Shown here one piece after another: positions 20,983 to 29,726 of a stretch of DNA of 64,000 nt (positions are counted from its first letter, which is position 1; every line of letters starts with the position of its first letter). A program made the position numbers and the translations under genes. Location: NCBI GenBank assembly GCA_041917695.1, contig JAYRXE010000037.1:536173-600172 (forward strand), given 5' to 3'. The stretch comes from Minisyncoccota bacterium. Its GTDB lineage: Bacteria; Patescibacteriota; Minisyncoccia; UBA6257; GWB1-50-10. The notes beneath the pieces were generated by a model, which ran no database searches, was not told the origin of the DNA, and saw only the letters and a program-made list of their open reading frames with translations.

Positions 20983-21882
20983 TCAGCCGAGGATTGAAAA
21001 ATACAGATTGAGCGCCTGATACCCGACGCAAAAAAGCGCCACAAGACCCAACGCGAGAAATGGGCCGAACGGAACCATGTCTTTCATCCCCCGTTTCCGC
21101 GAAGCGTACAGGATTCCGGCGGCGGCACCGCCGAAAACGAACCCGAAAAAGATGCCGAGAGATATATCAGGCCATCCGAAGAGCACTCCCGACGCGGCCA
21201 TGAATTTCACGTCGCCCATGCCCATTCCCCGGAATCGGGTGATGGCCGCAAGCGCCATGAAGAAAGCCCCCGCTATAAGGCCCCCGAGCGCGTGCGCCGC
21301 GAACTGGTTTTGGAAATGAGGAAACAAAAGCGCGTAGTGCCGTAAGAACGATTCGCTGAAGACGGGAAGTTCAGTCCCAAAAGCGGACATAAGGCTTGCG
21401 AGACTGAGTCCCAAGACCGCCAGAATGACATTTAATTCGTCGGGGATGAGGTAATGTTTCACGTCTATCGCCGCCACCAGGAGGAACACCAGAAACGCCG
21501 CCACCCACACGCCCGCAATCGCATAGTGCCACCAGGGAGCAAGCAGAAGAAAGAATATCTTTCCGTTCCACGCGTAGCGCGATATAAGAACGAGCGGAAC
21601 GGCGAGGAACATAGTTCCCGATATGAGTTCCACCAAGAGATATCTGAGGCCGATGGAGTTCCGGCAGGCGGAACATTTCCCGCGCAGAAAGACGAAGCTC
21701 GCAATCGGTATGAGCTCCCAAAATCCCAGCCGCTTCTTGCACGACATGCAATGCGACCAGCCCAACAGCTTCCGGAAATCAAAAAGCGACCGCTCGGGAT
21801 CGTAGCGCGCGATGAGGACGTTCAAAAAACTTCCCACCGCGGCGCCCGAAATGAAAAAGAGTGTCATCCCGAGGGTCGCCAT
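20983..21882 (-). CDS. pilD: Prepilin peptidase
   Basis: GSFLNV, two CxxC pairs, ID..HYLIPD, GMGDVK and PFGPFL motifs. Confidence 0.93.
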   Translation of the reverse strand: MATLGMTLFFISGAAVGSFLNVLIARYDPERSLFDFRKLLGWSHCMSCKKRLGFWELIPIASFVFLRGKCSACRNSIGLRYLLVELISGTMFLAVPLVLISRYAWNGKIFFLLLAPWWHYAIAGVWVAAFLVFLLVAAIDVKHYLIPDELNVILAVLGLSLASLMSAFGTELPVFSESFLRHYALLFPHFQNQFAAHALGGLIAGAFFMALAAITRFRGMGMGDVKFMAASGVLFGWPDISLGIFFGFVFGGAAAGILYASRKRGMKDMVPFGPFLALGLVALFCVGYQALNLYFSILG

Positions 21883-21892
21883 ATCCGTCTGA

Positions 21893-22336
21893 TTACGGGG
21901 TTACCGTACCGGTCGTAAGATTGCAGCGCGTGTCCGTCGATTGCGGTTCCGCCGTGACGACGCCGGCATTGCCTTCGGAATCGACGCAATACCATTGGTT
22001 GTCGTTCGTAAGCATTTTCGCGTAGGCGATGTAATACGTGCCGTCCGGATTCACGATTTGCAGGCTCGAAGACTGAGCTGATGCGCTCGAGACATCCGCC
22101 GCAACGCGGGAAAGATCGCTGTTTGAAAGCGTCACTTCCGAATACGGCGCCTGCGAAGAGGGATTATAGAGCGCTTCCGCGATCGCCCGAACCTGGTTCA
22201 TTCCGCTTATGATGCGCGCATCCTTTGCTTTGTCGCGGGAAGGCCCGAGGCCCGCCAAGACCGCCGCAGAAAGAATGCCGATAATCGCGATGACGATGAG
22301 CATCTCGATAAGCGTAAAGCCTTTTCTATTGAACAT
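21893..22336 (-). CDS. Type IV pilin, probable major pilin
   Basis: KG/FTLIEMLIVIAIIGILS, DARI and WYCVDS motifs. Confidence 0.88.
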   Translation of the reverse strand: MFNRKGFTLIEMLIVIAIIGILSAAVLAGLGPSRDKAKDARIISGMNQVRAIAEALYNPSSQAPYSEVTLSNSDLSRVAADVSSASAQSSSLQIVNPDGTYYIAYAKMLTNDNQWYCVDSEGNAGVVTAEPQSTDTRCNLTTGTVTP

Positions 22337-22390
22337 GGTTTTTTGATTCAAATGAAACCTTACCGACCTTTCTCGTGCTATCAGTATATA

Positions 22391-23596
22391 TTAAATCGTC
22401 TGCGTAAGCGAGAAGAGCGGGAGGAGGATGCCGGCAAAAAGAAACGCAACGAGCACCCCAACGAAAACCATCAAGACCGGCTGGATTAATGAAATGGAAT
22501 TTTCAATGGTATTCTCGATTTCACGCATATAAAAATCGCGAATCTTCTGCAGAAGCTCCTCCAGCCGGCCGGTCGATTCGCCGATGGCGATAAGCTGGGA
22601 AACCAGGGGCGGAAATTCCTTCCGTTCCTCGATGACCTTCGAAAGCAACTTGCCTTTCCGGACCTCCTCCGACGCCTGGCCGAGAATCTCCTGATACACG
22701 GTGTTCCCGATTGTGCGGGCGGATATCTCGACAGCCTGCGGGATCGTAAGGCCTCCCTTGATAAGCACCCGCGTGGATTCCGCGAAGCGGGAAACATAGA
22801 TTTTCTTGAAAAGTTCGCCGAGCACCGGCAAGCGCACTACCGATTCGTCAAAGACCACCCTCCCCTCCCGCGTTTGGAAATAGTTCACAAGCGTGATAAG
22901 CACCGCAACCAGTGCGAAGAGGATAGCCCACCACCATGCGCTTAAGAACTTGCCTCCCCCGAGAAGGAGGGCGGTGTACCACGGAACGGCGATGTTTGAA
23001 TCTTCGAAAATCGGAATAATCTGCGGAAAGACGACCGTCACGATGATGGCCAAAACGATGAACGAGAGGATGATGACGAAAATCGGATAAGAGAGGGCAT
23101 TCTTAATCTTTGACTGCATCGCCACCTGGCCTTCCAGGTAATCAGCCAAGAATTCCAGGACTTCGGAGAGGCGTCCGGTGACCTCGGCGGAGCGCACCAT
23201 GTTGATATAGAAATCGGAAAAGACATTCGTATGCTTTTCCAACGCCTGCGAAAGGGAGAAGCCCGCCTGCACGTCGTTCGTGATTTCATAGATTGCCTCC
23301 TTCAGCACGGGGTGCTCGGTCTGCCGATACAGATTCGAAAGCGAATCGGAAAGCGGCACCTGCGAAGCAAGTAAGGTCGAGAATTGGCGCGTGAAAACCA
23401 TAATCTCCGTGGTCTTTACGCGTTTGAAGAAATTCAAAACGCGGTCGTACCACTCCTCTTCCGTATGGGTTTCGACGGAAAGGACGAAAAGCCCGTGACT
23501 CAGGAGGATATTCGAAGCCGAGGCCTGGTCCGGCGCTTCGACATTGCCGACCTGCAACTCCCCTTCTTTAGTTCGTGCCTTGTAACTGAATTTCAT
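22391..23596 (-). CDS. pilC: Type IV pilus platform protein
   Basis: FTRQFSTLL, AEVTGRL and GESTGRL (two GspF repeats). Confidence 0.93.
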   Translation of the reverse strand: MKFSYKARTKEGELQVGNVEAPDQASASNILLSHGLFVLSVETHTEEEWYDRVLNFFKRVKTTEIMVFTRQFSTLLASQVPLSDSLSNLYRQTEHPVLKEAIYEITNDVQAGFSLSQALEKHTNVFSDFYINMVRSAEVTGRLSEVLEFLADYLEGQVAMQSKIKNALSYPIFVIILSFIVLAIIVTVVFPQIIPIFEDSNIAVPWYTALLLGGGKFLSAWWWAILFALVAVLITLVNYFQTREGRVVFDESVVRLPVLGELFKKIYVSRFAESTRVLIKGGLTIPQAVEISARTIGNTVYQEILGQASEEVRKGKLLSKVIEERKEFPPLVSQLIAIGESTGRLEELLQKIRDFYMREIENTIENSISLIQPVLMVFVGVLVAFLFAGILLPLFSLTQTI

Positions 23597-23599
23597 TCC

Positions 23600-24670
23600 T
23601 TAGCCGCGATTCACAAGAATTCGAAGTTCCGACGGATTCAGCGAATAGGCCTCGGCTTGCTCAACGGTGATATCCTTGCGCTTCACGAGATTCACCAGCG
23701 AGCGATTCAAGGAAACCATGCCTTCCTGGATACTCGTTTCAATAACCAAATCGATTTGATAGATTTTCCGTTCACGGATGAGGTTTTTGATGGCGGGATT
23801 CACGAGCATGATTTCGGTTGCGGGCACCCGGCCGCCGCCCACGCGGGGAATGAGACGCTGGGAAACGATGGCGACCAAGGTCGAAGCGAGCTGGGAAACG
23901 ACCTGCCCCTGCTGGTTCGGCGGGAAAGAATCAATGATACGGTCGATTGTCTGTGACGCGGAATTCGTGTGAAGGGTCGAAAAGACCAAGTGGCCGGTTT
24001 CGGCGGCGGTCATCGCAGTCGAGATGGTTTCCGGGTCGCGCATTTCGCCGACCATGATGACGTCGGGGTCCTGGCGGAGGATTGAGCGAAGTCCGTCGTC
24101 GAAAGAACGCACGTCGGCGCCGACCTCGCGTTGCGAAATAATGGCCCGATCCTGGGAAAAGACATACTCAATCGGGTCTTCGATGGTGATGATATGCTCG
24201 TTCCTCGTGTGGTTTATCTCATCGAGGATTGCCGCCAAGGTCGTCGATTTACCCTGCCCGGCGGGACCCACCACGAGGATAAATCCCTGGTTCAGCCTGG
24301 TAAAATCGTGGACGATGGGCGGAAGCCCCAATTCCTGCACTGTTTTTATTTGGGAAGAAATGAGGCGGAGCGCCGCGGCGGGAAACCCGCGCTGGTAATA
24401 GACGTTTACGCGAAAACGGGCTTTATCTTCGTAGGCGTAGGAAAAATCAACCTGCCGGTCGCGGGCGTACGCCTCCTTCTGCGGGTCGGTGAGCAACGCG
24501 GCAACGAGCCCTTCGGTGTCTTCCTTGGTCAGAACGCCTTCGTTTCCCACCGGAACGAGCATCGAATCAACCCGCACGGTCGGTCGTTTGCCGACGCAAA
24601 AATGAAGGTCGGAAGCATTCTGCTTCACGCAGGTGAGGAGCAATTCATTCAGCTTCTCTTTATATTCCAT
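23600..24670 (-). CDS. pilT: Pilus retraction ATPase
   Basis: GPAGQGKSTT, TIEDPIE, LRQDPD, AETGHLVFSTLHT and AIKNLIRE motifs. Confidence 0.95.
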   Translation of the reverse strand: MEYKEKLNELLLTCVKQNASDLHFCVGKRPTVRVDSMLVPVGNEGVLTKEDTEGLVAALLTDPQKEAYARDRQVDFSYAYEDKARFRVNVYYQRGFPAAALRLISSQIKTVQELGLPPIVHDFTRLNQGFILVVGPAGQGKSTTLAAILDEINHTRNEHIITIEDPIEYVFSQDRAIISQREVGADVRSFDDGLRSILRQDPDVIMVGEMRDPETISTAMTAAETGHLVFSTLHTNSASQTIDRIIDSFPPNQQGQVVSQLASTLVAIVSQRLIPRVGGGRVPATEIMLVNPAIKNLIRERKIYQIDLVIETSIQEGMVSLNRSLVNLVKRKDITVEQAEAYSLNPSELRILVNRG

Positions 24671-24717
24671 GGCACCATTATATCACCTGACCGGCGGCGC
24701 GCCTACGCGCTCCGAGC

Positions 24718-26457
24718 TCACTCCGTCTCCCGCAACACTTCTTCGATCAATACCTCGCCACGCAAGGCTTTCACGATGCCGTCCTGGCGCATTGAGATCA
24801 TTCCCTGCCGTTCGGCTTCCTTCAAAAGCTTTTCTTCGGAAAAACTTTCGTTCAATGCCGAGCCCAACTCCCGGGTCATTTGAAAAACCTCCGCGATAGC
24901 GATACGGCCGGCAATGCCCTTCCCTTTGCATACTTTGCATGAATCGTCGGCTTCCACTCGGTAAATCTGATACGGCTTCGGGAATTCCGCTTCCAGCTTC
25001 GCGCGTATGTCGGCCGGCATGCGCTTAAGGCCGTCCGCGATTTCGCGGGCCGCCTCCACAGGGGCTTCATAGGCTTTTTTGCAATTCGGGCAGAGCTTCC
25101 CCAACAACCGCTGGGCGAGCATCGTATGAAGCGCCGACGACAGCAGGAATTTCGGAACGCCGAGATCGAGCATGCGGGGAATGACGCCGAGCGCGTTATT
25201 CGTGTGAATGGTTGAAAGCACGACGTGGCCGGTGAGGGCAGCATTCACGGCAAGGGAGGCGGTTTCATCGTCGCGGATTTCACCGACCATGATGACGTCG
25301 GGGTCCTGGCGGAGGATTTGTCGCAAACCCGACGCGAAACTATAGCCGATCTCGGGATGCACTTGCGACTGGTTGATGCCGTCCATCGTGTATTCCACCG
25401 GATCTTCGAGCGTCACCACGTTTTGCGTGAGCGTGTCGATCTTCTGAAGCACGGCGTACAAGGTCGTCGATTTACCGGAACCCGTGGGACCGGAGACGAG
25501 GACCATGCCGTAGGGCGCTTCGACCGCGCGGGCGAGTTTTTCGAAGTTATATTCCTCAAATCCCAAACTTTCGAGCCCCTTCAGTCCGGTCAGCGGATCA
25601 AGGACGCGAAGCACGATCTTCTCACCGGCGGGAACGGGAAACGTCGCGACGCGAAAATCTATTTCGCGGCTGGAGATGATGGTACGAAAACGTCCGTCCT
25701 GCGGGATGCGGTTTTCGTCGAGGCGGAGGTTCGCGAGCACTTTCACCCGGCTCGTGATGGGTTGCGCGAGTATCGGCGGAAGGGACGCCACCTCCTTGAG
25801 CTCGCCGTCCAGGCGGAAGCGGATGCGCAAATGCGTCTTCGACGGTTCAATGTGAATATCGGAAGCCTGCGCATCGACCGCCTGTTGCAAGGTCTTTGCA
25901 ACAATTTTGATGACCGGAGCGTCTTCGGACGAGCGCGCGCCCTCGTCGAGCGACACGACCGCCGAGGCGCTCCCCTTCATCGATTTCGAAACGGTAGTGA
26001 CCAGTTCATCGATCTCGGAATTGTACGGTTTGTATTTCTTCCAGACCGCGCGAAGATCGGCGAGAGAAATGAGATACACGCCGAGCGAAAGGCGCTCGCG
26101 TTTTGCGATGAAACGCAACGCTTCCTGCGCACGTTCATCAAGCGGGTTCACCATGCCCACGACGAGCATGTTCGCCTTCTTCTCGATCGGCGCAAGCTTA
26201 TAGTTTACGGACGTTTCCTGCGGAATAAGCTTAAGCAGCTCGGGGGAAACCGCCTCGACGTCAACTTTTTTATACGGGACGCCGAGCGCCTTCGACTTCG
26301 CTTTGGCGACCTCCTCATCGGGGACCACGCGCCGGTCGCTCAAAATCTCCTCCAGCGGGGTCTTTGAGACTTGCGCCTCCTGCAAAAGACGAGACGCTTC
26401 TTCTTCCGAAAGGAGCGTCTTCTCGATAAGCGCACGCGAAAGTTCCTGGTCTGTCAT
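24718..26457 (-). CDS. pilB: Pilus assembly ATPase
   Basis: ASDIHIEP, PQDGRF, GPTGSGKSTT and zinc CxxC motifs. Confidence 0.95.
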   Translation of the reverse strand: MTDQELSRALIEKTLLSEEEASRLLQEAQVSKTPLEEILSDRRVVPDEEVAKAKSKALGVPYKKVDVEAVSPELLKLIPQETSVNYKLAPIEKKANMLVVGMVNPLDERAQEALRFIAKRERLSLGVYLISLADLRAVWKKYKPYNSEIDELVTTVSKSMKGSASAVVSLDEGARSSEDAPVIKIVAKTLQQAVDAQASDIHIEPSKTHLRIRFRLDGELKEVASLPPILAQPITSRVKVLANLRLDENRIPQDGRFRTIISSREIDFRVATFPVPAGEKIVLRVLDPLTGLKGLESLGFEEYNFEKLARAVEAPYGMVLVSGPTGSGKSTTLYAVLQKIDTLTQNVVTLEDPVEYTMDGINQSQVHPEIGYSFASGLRQILRQDPDVIMVGEIRDDETASLAVNAALTGHVVLSTIHTNNALGVIPRMLDLGVPKFLLSSALHTMLAQRLLGKLCPNCKKAYEAPVEAAREIADGLKRMPADIRAKLEAEFPKPYQIYRVEADDSCKVCKGKGIAGRIAIAEVFQMTRELGSALNESFSEEKLLKEAERQGMISMRQDGIVKALRGEVLIEEVLRETE

Positions 26458-26461
26458 GAGG

Positions 26462-26752
26462 CTATGGCCTGAACGGATTCGCTTTCCCCGGCGTCTCGCG
26501 GGGCGTCACCGGCGCGGCGTATTTCTCCAAGCTTTGGAACGACGGCGAACCGATTACCGCATCGGGGTTAAAACGAACTTTTGACAATTGGTTTATATTC
26601 TCGAGATTCTTCGGCGTCACCTGGTCGATAATCTCCGGCTTTTTGAAAAAGAGGAAATATGCGAGCACGAAGATGGCGACCACGATAAAGAGGGCGGTCA
26701 GCATCCCTATCCAATTCACCGGCTTCTTTTCTTCCTGGAGCAATATGGCCAT
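26462..26752 (-). CDS. Small single-TM pilus-locus protein (PilP position)
   Basis: TM helix and C-terminal GKANPF. Confidence 0.7.
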   Translation of the reverse strand: MAILLQEEKKPVNWIGMLTALFIVVAIFVLAYFLFFKKPEIIDQVTPKNLENINQLSKVRFNPDAVIGSPSFQSLEKYAAPVTPRETPGKANPFRP

Positions 26753-26758
26753 AGGCGG

Positions 26759-27313
26759 TTACTTTTGATAATAAAATTCGACTTTGAGGTTCAGAGACTG
26801 GACCTCGCTTCCCGGAATGGGGCGGATCTCGGCGCTCTCCACGGAGGCGATGCGGACATTCGTCTCAAGCCCGCGGAGAAAGCCCTTCAAAGATTCATAG
26901 GAGCCCGCAAGCGCCATGGTTACCCGCACGGTGCCCAATTGCTTCACGAGGTACTCTTTCGATTTGGGGAGGGCGGGCGTCTCGATGGAAAAAGACGTGA
27001 ACGTCGCCTGGTTCGCCGAAGCGATGGCGTTCAATTGGTGGAGAAGGTCCGTCGTGTCGGGGCTTTCGGGAAGGGCGAGCGATACCGTCTCGCGCACTTC
27101 GTCCATTCCCTGCGATTCCGTGATGACGTTTTTCACCTGGTCGACGGCCGCCTTTTGTTCGGTAAAAAGATTTTCCTTCGCAATGACCGCTCCGCGCTTC
27201 TCATTGATTGCCGCAAACTCGGGAAGGATGAGGCGCGTGTAAACGAAAATGGCCCCCATGAAAAAGAGTCCGGCGAAGGCGATGCTTAAAACGCGCTTGG
27301 TTGATGGTTTCAT
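26759..27313 (-). CDS. pilO: Type IV pilus alignment protein PilO
   Basis: TM + coiled coil, ALP, GSYESLKGFL..LE...R; synteny. Confidence 0.82.
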   Translation of the reverse strand: MKPSTKRVLSIAFAGLFFMGAIFVYTRLILPEFAAINEKRGAVIAKENLFTEQKAAVDQVKNVITESQGMDEVRETVSLALPESPDTTDLLHQLNAIASANQATFTSFSIETPALPKSKEYLVKQLGTVRVTMALAGSYESLKGFLRGLETNVRIASVESAEIRPIPGSEVQSLNLKVEFYYQK

Positions 27314-27314
27314 G

Positions 27315-27866
27315 TTAGAGCGATGCGAATATCTCGTCGCGCGGATACAATTCGACGGTAAAAACGACGCGGCCCTGGTCGAATCCCATCTGGCGGACCG
27401 TCGCGCGCGTCTTAAAATCGGATGAACCGTCGAAAACGGAAAGTTGTTCGACGAATGAATCGATTGAGTTCGCGCGCCCGTTCACTTCAAGCTTTTTATC
27501 GCGCGGGGAAATTTTCGCCGAGACATAATACACCGACGGCAAGGTATGTTTTTCAAGCAATGCCAGGGTAGGGGCGCCTGCGGAATGCTTTTTCAAAACT
27601 TCCGTGAGATTGACGAGTTGAGAATAGAAAACGATGAACTGCTGCTGGTCTTCCTGGCTTACCACCGTCGCCAGCTGTTCGATGCGGCGGTCGAGCGCTT
27701 TTTCGCGCGAATCAAGGTACGTCGAATACCCGAATTTCAATCCGAGAAAAATGAAAAGCGTGAAACCGAAAACGACTCCGGCAAAAACCAATATCTTCCA
27801 CGGAAAACCGACCGCAATCGTGCGGTATCCGGCGGGAGTCGTCCCTGAATTTTGAACCATGTTCAT
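27315..27866 (-). CDS. pilN: PilN-like protein
   Basis: TM + coiled coil + ferredoxin-like pattern, located between pilM and pilO. Confidence 0.7.
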   Translation of the reverse strand: MNMVQNSGTTPAGYRTIAVGFPWKILVFAGVVFGFTLFIFLGLKFGYSTYLDSREKALDRRIEQLATVVSQEDQQQFIVFYSQLVNLTEVLKKHSAGAPTLALLEKHTLPSVYYVSAKISPRDKKLEVNGRANSIDSFVEQLSVFDGSSDFKTRATVRQMGFDQGRVVFTVELYPRDEIFASL

Positions 27867-27870
27867 GCCG

Positions 27871-28977
27871 TTAAGAGAAATAGCGCCGCGCAAGTCCGTA
27901 CGTCAAAGCGAAACGATTTTCGAGATCCTTCATCGCAGGAACGAGACCCTGCGGAATCGCGATGCCCGACGTATATGAATGGTGGCCGATTTGGAAGCCG
28001 GTTTGGGCGCTCACATACCGTTCGAGGCCCAAAAGGCTTGCGCCGCCTCCCACGATTGAAAGTTTCTCGGCTTTTACGCCAAAAAGCTTCTCGTACGAAT
28101 CCTTCGCGCGCTTCACCTCTTGTATTATAACATCCAAAAAGGGCAGGAGGATAGTTGATAACTCCGATTCCGCGCCCGTTCCCGCAAGGCCGCGCCGGCG
28201 TTTCAGCTCTTCGGCGCGGGACATGGATATTTCAAGGCTTCGCGAAAGCGCCTGGGTGAGATATACCCCGCTGTAATCAGTTTGCGTCACGTATTGCACG
28301 TCCCCGGCGCGGACGATGGAAATGACGGAGGAAACGGCACCGATATCGAGCACGACAGTGGGCGCTTCCGTGAGCGACCCTTGAAGCGCGCGCGCCATCG
28401 CGAAAGCCTCCGGTTCAAGCGCAACCAGCTTCAACCCCGCTCGCTTGAAAACTTCTTCGTATGCCTTTACGACATCGTTCGGAACGGCAACCAGCAATAT
28501 TCGCTGGTGCTTCCCGCCGTCCTTGTCGGCGTATTCCCCGACCTTCCGCCATTCAAGCGAAACTTCGGAAAGCGGAAGCGGTACGTATTGCGCGGCCTGA
28601 AACCCGACGGCTTTCGCCGTTTCTTCGGGAGAAAGCATGGGAAAATCGAGCGTCGTTGCAAACGTGGTAAACGAGGGAAGCGACGCGACGCAGAGCTTTG
28701 ATGCGGGTTTCATGTCCCGCATAAGGAGCGAGAGCGCCGCGGCGGCATCCGCCGGCGAAAGTTTGAGCGAGCTCGTCTGTATCGCCTGGTTCGGATGGTC
28801 CAAATAGTCCTTCGTCTCTAGCAAGCCGTAGCTCGCCACCGAAAAGACATCCCCTTTTTTCTTCAGCTCGAGCGCTTTTATCGAGGTCGTTCCGATATCA
28901 ACGCCGATAACGGCTCCGCCCCGGAAAAAATTCCCGATATCCCTGAAAAAATCCGATATGGCGCCGCCGAACTTCAT
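27871..28977 (-). CDS. pilM: Type IV pilus protein PilM
   Basis: GVDIGTTSIK, LDIGA and VGGGA actin-like motifs. Confidence 0.92.
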   Translation of the reverse strand: MKFGGAISDFFRDIGNFFRGGAVIGVDIGTTSIKALELKKKGDVFSVASYGLLETKDYLDHPNQAIQTSSLKLSPADAAAALSLLMRDMKPASKLCVASLPSFTTFATTLDFPMLSPEETAKAVGFQAAQYVPLPLSEVSLEWRKVGEYADKDGGKHQRILLVAVPNDVVKAYEEVFKRAGLKLVALEPEAFAMARALQGSLTEAPTVVLDIGAVSSVISIVRAGDVQYVTQTDYSGVYLTQALSRSLEISMSRAEELKRRRGLAGTGAESELSTILLPFLDVIIQEVKRAKDSYEKLFGVKAEKLSIVGGGASLLGLERYVSAQTGFQIGHHSYTSGIAIPQGLVPAMKDLENRFALTYGLARRYFS

Positions 28978-29023
28978 ATGAATGTGGATTTATCTTAACA
29001 TCCGCGCGAGCTATAGTGAAACG

Positions 29024-29716
29024 ATGGAGGCCTTCTCTCGCGCCGTCGACACGATCTTCCCGCGCACCTGCCTTTCCTGCGGCACTCCCGTCTCCGGACC
29101 ACTCCTTTTTTGCGCCGAATGTCTCGCGCGCGTCGGTACGATTGGCGAGTACGTGTGCTCTTCATGCGGGGCGCGCATCGCCGGAACCGGACATCGGCAT
29201 CCCGGAAGCATTCCCCTTTTCGCGGCTTTTCGGTACGAAGACGGGCCCGTGAAAGAATCCCTGCATGCGTTCAAATACGACGGCGTCGAGGCGGCAGGGC
29301 GGACGTTTGCCCTCCTCGTCAATCCGCTTTTCCCGCGTCCCGTTTCGTCCGTCGCATTCGTACCCATTCCCCTTCATCCCTCGCGCGAACGGGAACGAGG
29401 ATACAACCAATCGGCTCTTTTTGCCGAAGCGATGGCCTCATTGCTCGCCGCGCGGGGCATTGGAGCAACGGTTTTGTCGGGCGTTTTGAGGCGGACGCGC
29501 AAAACACAGTCACAGACCGAGATGGAAAGCCACGCGGCGCGGCGCATAAATGTCCGCGATTCTTTCGAAGTCCGTACGGTGTCCGACTGTGCGTCGAGCC
29601 TGGTACTGCTTGTTGACGACGTTTCCACTTCGGGCGCGACCATTGAAGAAGCGGCTGCAGCGCTCAAAAAAGCACGAGTCCCGCATCTCGCGGGACTCGT
29701 GATTGCGAAAGCCTGA
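29024..29716 (+). CDS. comF: Competence protein ComF
   Basis: Double zinc ribbon, RGYNQS and LLVDDVSTSGAT; ATG 6 nt after TATAGT. Confidence 0.92.
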   Translation: MEAFSRAVDTIFPRTCLSCGTPVSGPLLFCAECLARVGTIGEYVCSSCGARIAGTGHRHPGSIPLFAAFRYEDGPVKESLHAFKYDGVEAAGRTFALLVNPLFPRPVSSVAFVPIPLHPSRERERGYNQSALFAEAMASLLAARGIGATVLSGVLRRTRKTQSQTEMESHAARRINVRDSFEVRTVSDCASSLVLLVDDVSTSGATIEEAAAALKKARVPHLAGLVIAKA

Positions 29717-29726
29717 GCTTCGCCCG